Assembly: GCA_963924565.1 (NCBI GenBank)
Contig: OZ004613.1
Span: 9,672,001-9,736,000, forward strand
Direction of reading: 5' to 3'
From: Ascidiella aspersa
Taxonomy: Eukaryota
DNA: 64,000 nt
Shown here: piece after piece, positions 28,101 through 40,100 of the stretch
Numbering within the stretch: position 1 is the stretch's first letter
How the letters are laid out: the number at the start of each line of letters is the position of its first letter
The notes under the pieces: generated by a model
Databases searched by the model: none
Told to the model about the DNA's origin: nothing
Seen by the model: the letters and a program-made list of their open reading frames with translations, nothing else
Made by a program: the position numbers and the translations under genes

Positions 28101-31100
28101 TGAAACGTTCAAATTGATATCTACTACTGTATGGGCTGGTCGTAGATATAGATATCATACCTGATCTTAATTCAACCTCCAACCATTATGCTCGAAAGGG
28201 GTTGTCTTTCTCGTTTGATAAATGCCAGTCTTAGCGAATCGTGATAGATCGCCGTGTTACCTATTCTATACCAAAAGCATTTGGTTTAATATGCCGAGTA
28301 TTTTTGCTCCACCTGATATGTTATTTGCGACCGTCTAGCGTAAACTCTCGGCCTGTGTAACACAAAAACGGCCCGCATATTTGCCCAGCGAATATTTTCC
28401 TGTCCTAGCGGTCTGAATTTTCAGCGCATTAGGGACCTATAGGTCTATTTGCTTTGCCGGAAAACTAACGGCCTGAGAGGGGCGGATTTAGAACGAAGGG
28501 AGTCGAACCGGCATTAGGCGTCCCTGTGTACACATAAGGCTTGTGTGCCCTTTTCGTTGGGGCTGCGGTTTATCAGTCGACGGATATAGCTCTTCCCTGA
28601 TTTTCTGGGGGTGTGGGGGTATTTCGTCGTGATTTCTCTCAGCTTTGTTTATGCGACCGCATTAGACTGGCGCCGTGAGTATTAAACCGCAAGCATTACA
28701 AACGCGAACACACGCGTTCCAACATATTTGCCAGAAAACGCGGCTTCCAAATTAGCGACATCCCTTTTGTGACTTGTCGCGACCCCAACGCTCAAAAACT
28801 TATATAAGTTTGGAAAATCGGCAATGTCATCTGGCAATGTGAGGAGAGCCCAAAAACTGTACAACGCGGCCATGCGAAACAACGTGTTGTTTGCAGAGGA
28901 TTTACGTCTAATTCGCCAACGCCTCTTTGTGCGTTTTTAGTCAATAAAATTCTCAGCGCTGGACGGTTATTAAATTCGCAGAGCTGTCACACACACAGCA
29001 ATAGCTTATAAGGAACTAACACGAAGTTGTTTTTGTTTAAAGCACCCCAAGCTATTACGCGTTAAGCTGTCCCGTTTGTCCCATTTAACAGCCTTACGTA
29101 ATGTGGTTTTCGTCTTATTATCCCTGCAAATTGTCCTGTTTTGCAATCATTTCACAATCAACATTACGCGCCTACGCTCAGTTGTCCACAGATTGCCGCG
29201 TCGGCCATATACTTGAGTGCCAGCTGTTTCAGTCCAGCCCATAGGCTCGGTGCGATTACGTAACGCCTGTAATTTTGGCCTCGGGCGAAAAAAGCGCGTT
29301 ATACATAATGTAAAACACAATATCACAAACCGACATTTCTCGAAGTCCTGCGGTTTGCCGGCATGCCGAAAAACCGCTTGCGCACGCGCTTATTGTCACG
29401 TCATAGCGAGTCGCGCATTTTTGCGGCGCCGTATTGCGAGCCAACTTTTCCAGAAAAATGTTTTGCAGGTTATTTCTCTCTTGGTGTTATTACCGATAAA
29501 TTTCTGGAGTTCTTCTTTTCAGTAAAGCCTTGTCGTTGTGTTCTGGATCTTCCAAACAAACTTGTCCCCGTCTTTAATTCACCTTACCCCGATTTACACA
29601 GGGTTGTGTGTCATATTGGCCCCACACTATTGTTAGTGCCAGGAAGCGTTAGGAAACCAGAGTTGTTGGTGGAAATGGAAACCCGGTATAATTAGGAGCG
29701 GCTCTGTATGATTGGTTTTGGAAAAGTTGGCAATTTTTTATCTATCGTTTTCTTTGTTTTTCTCTCGGGTAAAATGCTGCAGCTTTTATAAAACCGCATC
29801 CTTGTATCCTCACCCTTCGACAAGTGATTCGGTTATGTTGCTCTTTTGTAATATTACAAGACGCAAAATAGAAAGGCTGGTCGACTGGCACTATAGTCAA
29901 ACTAACTTTCACTTCGTCTTGGCAAACACACCATTCTCGTTTTTCTGTCACCCATAAACTGTACTTGCGTTTGTCTTTTGCTGAAGTACATATGTCGCGT
30001 GCCGGGCCTCGCTTACTCACCATACAGTCTATCATAAGCAATTTGAATCTCGAAACAACATCAGGAAACGGGATATGAGGGAGACTCGAGAAAACCGGGC
30101 GAAATAATGCGCTTCTTTACATGTGCACTTAGACGTAGTCGGCTCTATGTTTTTCGACCCTTTTTGCGATCCGGCCTCAGTTCGATCTTTTAGTTTTGAG
30201 GCGGCAATCTCAATTGGCCATCGGGCTTAAAAGGACACCAAAAGCAGGCCTAAAATACATTATCATTTCGTTTTTTTTAACTGGCAGCTCAAACAGACCA
30301 CTATTACAGCAGCTGTCTTTCTTGCCTTCCCCCTATGTATCTATTCCTCACGTTATAAATCGCATAAACGCGTGTGTAATAATTAAAGCGTCCCCGACTC
30401 AAGCCGTATCACAAGCGACTGTCTCATCACTCGGCGCGCTGGAAATGTCAATAGCCTCGGATTTTATGAGTTATCCCCGGGAACGTTTATTACAATCCCG
30501 GGAAAAGACGCAGCAGCTAACACCCGCCTGTTCTGCGCCCAGCCGTCGCCAACTGGCAACTTAATTTGACTCGGCAGCCCTGTATGTTGTTTTTGCAAAG
30601 TCGCATTGTGGCACTCGGGCGCCTTTGTAAGTTATAGGCTTTGAGGTATCAAGATCGCTAAGAGAGGCGTAATGCAGTTGTGGGTAAGTTTTAGGCTTAT
30701 TTGTTGAAGATCACGTCTATTTAAAATTGGACAACCCGGAATATTTGTAGTTATTCAGTTGTTAAAGATTAGGTATGGTGCGCTTTTAGTTATAATTACG
30801 TTTAGTTTAATCATGCTGGCAAGAAATATTTCTGCAAGCAGTTTGTTGCACTTCTGGAAGCTTTAGGTCATTTTGAACTGCCATTACCATTTATGATTGA
30901 ATTGTCTGGTTGTTAAACAGATTTCAAGTTGCTTAACAGATTCATTTAACTTGCTTAAGCGATTCATCAAATAGATAAACCAACCGCAATTTTTATCGAT
31001 CTGATCAAATTCATCATACCCCTCCCTTGGTTAAAATCAACGGGCGTGAAAAACCCAAGCGTCGCCCCTTAATCCACGCAAAGCGTTTAAGCGCTCACTC

Positions 31101-34100
31101 ACAACCATTCAAATTGAATCTTCACCGATGAAGCGATAGCTTTCAGCCGACGAGAGGGTTCGGCCACGGGCGACCAAATCTCAATCGCAGATTCAATTCT
31201 CGCCTGTCGTTTATCGAACTTCGCGCCAAAGTTCATTTCGTTTTCCACCGAAGCCGCCCACGCCCCCAGCCGCAATTGGCGTCTCGTTAAAGTAAAGCGA
31301 CTTGACTTTTTGTGCGCATTTTGTTATGTGCTTTTTCTGGCCGAACCGTTTTGACTCGATTGCGATTGCGGCATGATTGGTTTTAAACGAGAAATTGCAA
31401 GTCAGGTACATTTTGTGCTTTACAGGTTTCTTAAATTCACTTGAAACATTGTTTGTTATTATGGAACCTGGTCCGGTTAAGTTTGAGTACAGCGTTGTGC
31501 AATAGCGCCATGTTAAACTTATACAATAACAAGTGAAAACAGCCTTTGTCCTGGTGGTAATAAAAACGCCCTTGTGGTACACTACAGGGTTGTGTCCGGC
31601 TAGAAAAAATAAACGAATAACCATATTTCTAAATAATTACCGGCACTTTTAAACTATGTAGAATAATACACAAAAACGTGCTCGGATATGCGTGTTAGGA
31701 TTGTAGAACTGCTTTCCAAAAATATGTTAAACGGACACAACAGCCAACTTGCTAAGAGCTATTTGCGTAATTCAATCCCACCGAACGGCGTAAGAACCAC
31801 GGTTTAAACAAACATGTCTCTCGGCATCCGACTAAGGTATCGCATGGCGACACGCTAATGCATTTTAGACTGCACACCCATTTTAAAACGCGTTATGCAG
31901 GACAGTAAACGTACTCGAATCCCATTTCTTGCAAATGTCTTCACGGAAACTGAAGGAGAAATGTCATGACCTCGGCGCTGACGCAACGCTGTCGTTATGC
32001 CGGTTTCAGGTGTCTGATCATTTCTACTTGGGTGTTTTTTCTTTAGTTTGGCCGATGCTTGCTTCAGTCTGCAAAGTGCAATATAGTTTATGCCAGTCGT
32101 TAGCAATGGCGCGTTACCCGGCGGTCAAGTGGGCACCTGCCCCTATGCGTGACGTATTTGACCCCTTATGAAATTTCACCCCCCATCCGCTTTTTTGCGT
32201 ATTTTTTGCTGAACTTTCAGACTAGGAAACCGAAACCTTTTTCGTGCCCTAGAGGAGTGTGAAATTTATATACCAAGGTCTGTTTTTTTTCCTATAACTC
32301 TTTGCAAAGTCAAAACTGTACCTAGGCCTTTTTTCACTTAACCGTTTGATTGAACGGTAGCTAGTGATCACTCATGGTGGAAAGTTACCCTTATTTGAAC
32401 TGACCGCGGATGATTAAATGTAAAAACCAATTCTGAATGAAAACAGTTCTGTGTTGTATGCTGTTTTTTATGTTGTTCTTGAAACCCTGCTTTTATGTGA
32501 AAATAACAGTTTTTTTGCATTACTGTATTGTACTTTTTACATTACTGCATTCCTCTGAAGGCTTTCGGTGTATTATATGTCATACCAAGCTCGCCATACT
32601 TAATTCTTATTCGTAATAGCATGTCAAAACCCATAAAGAAGTAGGTAACATTTTGAACGTTTCGAATATCTTTTAAATATTTTAGCATCAAATGAATAAA
32701 TAGAAAAGGAACAAATAGACATTTGGAACAAATGAGATGTTGAAAATGTAAATAAAGAGATTTTCGAAAACGTTTAAACTGCTACCTACTTCCAAATGAA
32801 ATACCTACTTCTGTATGGGCTTCGATATTCTTACTACATCTAAAACCTTCCACCAACCGGCTCCAAAGTTAATTTATATTTTTTGCGCAGTTCCTCGACG
32901 AATCTTGACTGACCGTTTGCCGTCCTCGGTCCTTTCGGCCACCGCGGCGCCAGAGGAACTGACCACCACCCCCGAGCTTCTGCGGACCACCGGAAGTGCA
33001 TCTGTCCAGACGACCAAGTCCGGGGCCGTCCACCCAGAAAGTAAGCTTCTTTTTAGCACATCTTTGCACAGCGGGTTAGGTGTCATTTCCTTTTATCTGT
33101 TATAGTTTCCTTATATTTAAAGAAAGTGGTTTTACATATCGGAGCATAATGGTTGAAGGTTGTAGTAAGAATATCAAAGCCATAAAAAATTGGGTATCAT
33201 TTTGAACGCTTCTTCGAAACCATTTTTGAACGTTTCTTTGATACCTACTTCTGTATGGGCTTTGATATTCTTACTATGGGCATTAAATAGAATTGAATTC
33301 TGCGGTTTATTAAATTGAGTTTTACAGTCGATAGAAACAACTAAATTTCTTCTCCATTAAGTGTTTTCACGCAACTTAGGTTGAAAAACAAAGTAAACAT
33401 CATTTATTAAGTAAACTAATTTTTGCGCTTGTTTGTATCTAAAAAAATACTCGACGTTGCCCAGGTCCAACATGTTATTTACCAGTTGTAATACTATACC
33501 CCTAACTTGTGGTAATCTAGATTATTCCTAAAAGAAAGTAATTTTACCAAAGTAAAAAAAATATCTTTAAATTTTGGGGGTTGATTATACTTATTTGAAA
33601 AATATTGGATTACTATAGTTTTACATTTTTTACACCACGTGGTACACAAAGCACCCTGACGAAAAACACGAAAAAAAAAAAAAAAGAAAAAAATCTGTTA
33701 CAACAAATAAATTAACTCCATAGTTCGCACGGTAATTCCTCCGACGCCGAGCACAACCCTATTGACGTCATCAACAACAACAGCAACGACAACAACGACG
33801 CCAACCACAGCATCTACGTCACCGACTGCAAACGTCAGCAAGACTACGTCACGACGATCGAGCAAGAAAGTCGATAAAGGTTGGTCCATTAATCCTTGAC
33901 GGTTTCGAGTTTTTCGAAAACTTTGATTGATGTTTTTGCACAAGATCCTGATCTAGATAAGACAAGAGATATATGCGAGCTGAGTGATCGAAATGGTGAT
34001 GGTGTTTCAGAGTTTTTCGGCACCTTGCACTTTGAAATTGCAAGTTGTCATCATGATGAAGAGTTTCATGAAACAAAGTTTGCTACGCGAGATGAAATTG

Positions 34101-37100
34101 TCACTGAATTCCATCGGTTTACACCTTTAAGTGCATTTGAAGTACGAAATTACAGGATAGCTTCTGAGATTAGGCAAAGCAAACTTTGTTGTAGGTGGAC
34201 AACCCGTGTAGTTAAACATAAACTGATGAAACAATATTTGTAGTGTTATTTTACAGACAGGGTTCAATATACCCGGCTAAAAACAGTCCTGATATAAAAT
34301 TTTCAGTTTTTTATCTTCGTTTAGTTTAATAAAGTCCCAAATCGCACGAGGTGCTAAATGAAGTATAAGGCGTGAATTGATAAAAAATGGATTTTTTGGC
34401 GCCCATACACTTTTGCCCCACGTATCAAGGCAGGCACCTAAAGAAGACAAGCGGGCCGTGAACCTTGGCGGTTTTACGCCATATTGGCCCCGAAATGCTC
34501 CCGTCGATGAATTAATAATGATTTCTAAACATATTACACCATGCGAGTACAATGCACTACGTTTATTGCGCACTTATTGAAGTACAGATAGCGTAGAATA
34601 ACAACGGTGGCATGACTAAGATCTTTTTTGCTCCAAACGAGTGTTTTTGGAATACAAAACTCACTATACGCAACTATAGGACAGTGCTATGTTTAACTAG
34701 GACGGTATACTATTTAACTAATATGGTGCGTAAACCAAAACGTATAGCAATTTCAATATACAAAAGAAAAATAATAAAAGTAGGAATGTTGGACAGCGTG
34801 ACATTTACTCGATAACTCACAAAGGCACAGTATACTGGGTTTATTGTAGGCGTTATGCTGTATATGTACAGTGTATGTCGATTTTGGGCGAACCCTTCTG
34901 ATGTATTTTGTTACACATAAACGTATACCAAATAAAAAAAACAAAAAAAAACAGAGCAAAAATACGCACAGAACACCTCTGTAGAAACGGGGTACCGCAA
35001 ACGTTTCTATTAGGTAACGCATAAGAGGTTTTAAGTTAAACAAATGGTTCTTAGTCAAATGGACACATTGAAAAAAATAGGAAAGTGTATTGTATAGTAA
35101 GTGTATTTTCGAAAAGTGTATCATAGCCTTAATAGTTGATATTACTATTTTTGTACTATATTAGCTGTGGGAAAATTTGCTTTTTTGGAATATCGCGATG
35201 AGGTATTTCCTTACTGAGCCCTGGCCCCTTTTTATTAGGGTTTTACCTAACAACGTAATCACAATTTTCTTTCGAAAACCAGAATCTTCCTGAATCCGAA
35301 GAAAACAATTTACCTAACATATCTTAATCTAACCGAAATGCGACTTTGGTAAAACGCAACTAGTTAGCAAGTGGCTATAGGAAAGTTTGAAAACCACTTA
35401 CGTAGATTCTGCGGAATAAGTCTCAACGAATGTACTATAAGATAAAGACTTCTCTTATAAAACCTCGTCCGTCTGTTATTTGTGACAAAACATAATTTTT
35501 CGTTTTTAACGACCGTAAAGCATTCACTTTGGAACACCGAGATCAAAGTAACCGTGCTTGTCGGTGGGTAATTCCCCGGGGGCCAGCTGACCCCTCTTCG
35601 CCCTGTTGGGGACTTCTACCGTAGCCACGTACTTCTCGTCCAGACCTTCGACGCGCGACCTGCGTCCTGGGGCTATGGGGGTACAGTAGGGGGTCTCGAC
35701 GGGGTCGGGCGGTGACAACTTGAGGGTGACGTTCTTTCGCGACCCCTTACTCTTGCCGCTGGGTATGCTTGGGGCTTTCCCCAAGTTCACCCAGCTGTGC
35801 ACGTCTTTGCGTCGCCCCGGCTCGGCCCCTTTCCCGGTCATCGACAGGTAACCCACCGAGGGACTTTCCCCGACTCGCAGCAGCTGTCCCGCTTTTGGGG
35901 GGTCCGGGTTGGGTTCCGACAAACCCCCGGGGCCTTGGACTTCGTTCTGCGGGAAAAGAAGCGTCGGGGGCGGGGGGAGCGGCAAGCTTTTGCTGGTCTC
36001 CGCTTCCTTGTGCATAATATCCGTCTTTGGATGCTGGCTTGTCTCGCCCGTTGTGTGTCGCTTACTGTGGCGATGCATCTTGGAGCGGCGCGGGCTTTTG
36101 TAGTGGACGCTGGACTCGGCGGCCTTGGGCGCTGCGAGACTGTCGGGCGGCGGCGTCGAGTCCTCGTCTGCGAGAAAATATTGGTGTGGTTTGAGGGTTA
36201 AGGGTTTTGCTAGAAGTTGTGTGGTAAATTGTGCACTAGGCCGGTTGTTTAGTCTGGACGTGGCCAGGGTTTTAATTTACACGTCAATTTTTTTATTCTA
36301 ATCAAGAAACTGCTATATTTTGTTTCCCGACCTGGGGCATCATTGTCATTTATCGGACAGTGACATTCTTCCTGCAACACATTTTCAGGATTTTACAGTG
36401 AACGGTCATGGCCTTGTTGAAAGTCGTAGCAGTAGATGTTTCTCTATATTCCTAAAGCAAATTTGGGAACTCGCTAGTTCCCGATAAGTTGTCAATTCGG
36501 ATGTTTAAAGCTGTTTTTAAACCGGTTAATTTTTCGCAGCGTTCCCCTTGATTGTCAAAGCGGCAAATCTAGTCCCTTACATACAGTACCTTCGATGTCA
36601 TAGCGGCGAAATTTAACTACCTCTTACACCTTGATGACGTCAAGCTACGCGCCTGAGAATTATCCTCGTAAATCCTGACTTAAATGAAATGAACACATTT
36701 AGCGTAAACCCACCAGAGTACATCCCGTCAAACGAGCTCTCGCTCCACATGGACGTGTTATCGTCCTCCAAGCCCAAAGTAGATCCGGTGGCGGAGGACA
36801 CAAAGATCCTACTCCTCCTACCAGATGGCTCCCGGAGGAGCGACATGTCCTCCTTGGCAACCGTGTCGTACTGATGCGTCTTTGGAGGATTCTGATGGTT
36901 GTGGTCCTCATCTTTCTTCGGCGACCCTCCGAGCTTCTTAAAGATGCTCTTCAGATCCAGTTTTGTCTTCTTGGCCGGGAGCGGCACCATCGGAGCGTCG
37001 ACGTCATTCGTTTCGTCACCAGTGACGTATTTCACGGAGGGTACTGAAGACGAAATAATCGATTTTTATGCTAACGATATGGTTTCGAATGTAACTTCGA

Positions 37101-40100
37101 AAGATGATCAAATTACCCAACAATCTGTTTTTTGTGCGTGGTTGTAGGTTGTAGTAAGACGTAGTAAGAATATCAAAGACCACACAGAAGGACATCATGT
37201 TGAAAATGAGTAAAGAGTTTTTCGAAACGGTCAAAATGATATCTACTTCTGTATTGGCTTTGATATTTATTCTTTTTGTGGTAGTTTAGGAAAATCGTTG
37301 GTTTTGTCTTTCGTAAAGTTGTCATCGGTATTCTATTATATGTTCGGTATTAATTGCTTTTAATATGAAATTTACATTCGTTTTTGGTAAATTGTATTTT
37401 GGCGCAGCCAGGAAGCGACAGCGTCTTCGTCACGAGCAAATTACCTCACCCGGCGTCACACGTGAGAAAGGACTTCGCTTTATGCAAAGTGCCTGGGATT
37501 TTTGCATTTAAGGGTGTGTCCGAACCGCTTTAAACCCTTTTCGAGTGGCTTCGCAATCGGCGCGCAATTTAACGAGCCCCAGGGCGATTTTCAACTTGAA
37601 TTACAGGAGTTTTCTTGAGTTCGGACGACGAAAGCAATCAAGTTTTAAAAATATCGTTTCAAGAGACCTAATTTGTCCTAAAACGCCAAGTTTTTGGCTA
37701 GACTGGTTTCAAAAATGACATCAACTAACTGGCGATACAGCTGATGGGAATTTTTAGTTTCTTAAGCGAAATTGCACCACCTGTCCGTAATCTAATTCCC
37801 GATATGGCTGTGTGGCTTAAATTGAAGTATTTTGGGCAGATAATGTTTTCCAGACTTGCGAGTCCCATGCTGTCTGATCAGCAGTATATATATTTGCAAA
37901 GATTTTGGGTTCATTACTCTATTTCGATGGAAACTAAAATGTTTTGATAATGAATTTCAGAAACAAAAAGGTCGAGTAGATTAAATGAAGAAATCATCTT
38001 GATTAAGACGTTTCAATACGAAATTGCGCTCCACCTTTAATGGTGATGTTTTGATTCACTTCTCAGTCACATTAACTGAAGATGATACAAGTTCGCATCG
38101 AAACGTCTTAATCAAGATGATGTCGTTCTACGCGACCTTTTTTGCTTTCAAATTCATTACCAAGCTACATTACAGATACGTGCATACTGCATAGTGTACC
38201 CCAGAATTTATTCTTGTATAACAACTTTGGCCTTATTTGATCCTATACCGTGAGGGTTGCGATCGTCTGTTGGCTTTTGGAAGAAAGCGGTTGCTTTTCT
38301 GTTGTCCCTTGGAGAAGGAACTCGGCTCCATCTCCGTTTACTTTCGGACGGTTCATTTCTCTTCTGCAAGTAATAAAATAAGGACAGTTGTTATTTCCTG
38401 TGACTTAGTTCCAAGCATTTTGAGTTGTCTTGAAAGTCAAAGACGAACGACAATTATCTCAAGAGTTGTCAAAGTAACTTTGCACAGGCACTAATGGAAA
38501 TATTTCAATTGGATTTTGTGCACCATATGGCTCGAAAAACAACATTTTGAATATGGTTGCAGCTAACATTTGGTTATTTTTCGGTTTTCTGATATAGTAC
38601 TGGTGAACTTTCAAACTGTAACAAACAATACCTTGAACATCGACTCAGCGTTTAAATTAAAATAAAACACTCGGTCTGAAAACTTTCTTAACATACGGCA
38701 GTCGACAGGGAGCAGACCGATTTTTATATTTCGACCGAACGAACTATTTGCCGAAAAGCTGGCTGACCCGGTTCGCGATGAGGTTTAAGTTGCCATTTCG
38801 ATCCACGCCAAATTGCCGCTTTTAGTCGAGGAGCCACCAAAAAAGACTGCTCTTGTTTATGGAGGCTTTCTATTTTGACGGCGGCCGGCTTAAGAATGCC
38901 AAGCGCGAAATTGGCAGGCTGACAGGTGCCAGCAGCGCGAGGCGCATTGCAACATACCGTTTCCGGCGTCTGCAAAGGTTGAGAGACTCGAGACGCGACG
39001 CCAAATGCGTTAATACCTTGCTGACTGACGGTTTGAATGGCGATTTTGCAGCCTTGACATTTTGAGATCTGTAGCTGACATGGGTCGTGACCACTTTGGC
39101 CCAAACAGGAAAAATAGAATTCTTGCGGTATTAGAAAGCGCACTTTTCGCGACTGAGTTAAAAGTTTTGCCCTTTGCCTTTTTCCGGTTTGGGACAGTCG
39201 ATTTGGCAAGGTAAAACGAGATAACGAACGTTTATTTCAAATAACTTGAAGCAAATAAAATTCCACCACAGGCTAGTGTTATATACTGGCTAATGCATTG
39301 CTTGCATACGAATTCTCGTCGGCTGACTAATTTAGTTTTGTCAACCGGGGCTATATGGTGCTCATTTAAAATGAACAACATTTTTTTATTCACTACTTGT
39401 TACCCCAAAGGAAAAAATCCTCACCTTATATTATTCTCATTTTTGCGTATTCAACCATGGCAATGACGTCATTTGGGATCGGATTGGACATATACTTTTT
39501 GCTCGTGTTGTTAACAACGTACACCTAACGCCATCACATGCGGATCAATGATACAGGCAAGGCAGGCTACAAAAAACAATTATAGCGGGCAGTCGGGTTC
39601 GAACTCACGACCCAAGCCATTCCGGGACTTTCGCTCCGCCAACTGAGCTACACAGGCTCAGAGAGGAAGCGAGTCGAGAAAAAACGTTCTGTTAGTACGA
39701 GCAACTTTACATTGAAGCGCTTTCATTTATGGCAACAACATGGAGTTTTGACGTCAAAATAATCGCAAAATACTTGACTCCAACAAGGCAACGTGTACGC
39801 ATGCAAAAAAAAAAACTGGGTCTTGGCTTTTCCTTACCGCTTCAAGTGCAGGTCCGAACACACTGTTGTCGACCTGTACTCCCTCAGGATCCGTGACCAT
39901 CACCGAGATGCGAAGAGGGTTGGCTTGATTGAATCGCCCGGCTTTGGCGGCCTGTACAACAAGCGATGGCGGTGCGTTAAAGGCAAGGGTATTCTTGAAG
40001 AAATGAGGGCCGAATTTTTCCTGTGCCTCAGGCTATAGCCTTGTTAATGGTTAATCCGGCACTGGGTATGAGTGACACATGGACGCTATAGGAGCAACGG

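Noticed and set aside
15921-32890. Second nested gene in the 17-kb intron (e.g. ORFs 20596-21048, 25891-26292, 31211-31624)
   Set aside because: No phase-consistent exon chain and no protein-like composition; some ORFs begin in repeats. A non-coding transcript cannot be excluded.
39584-39657. Functional tRNA-Pro(CGG)
   Set aside because: Acceptor, anticodon and T stems do not pair properly.
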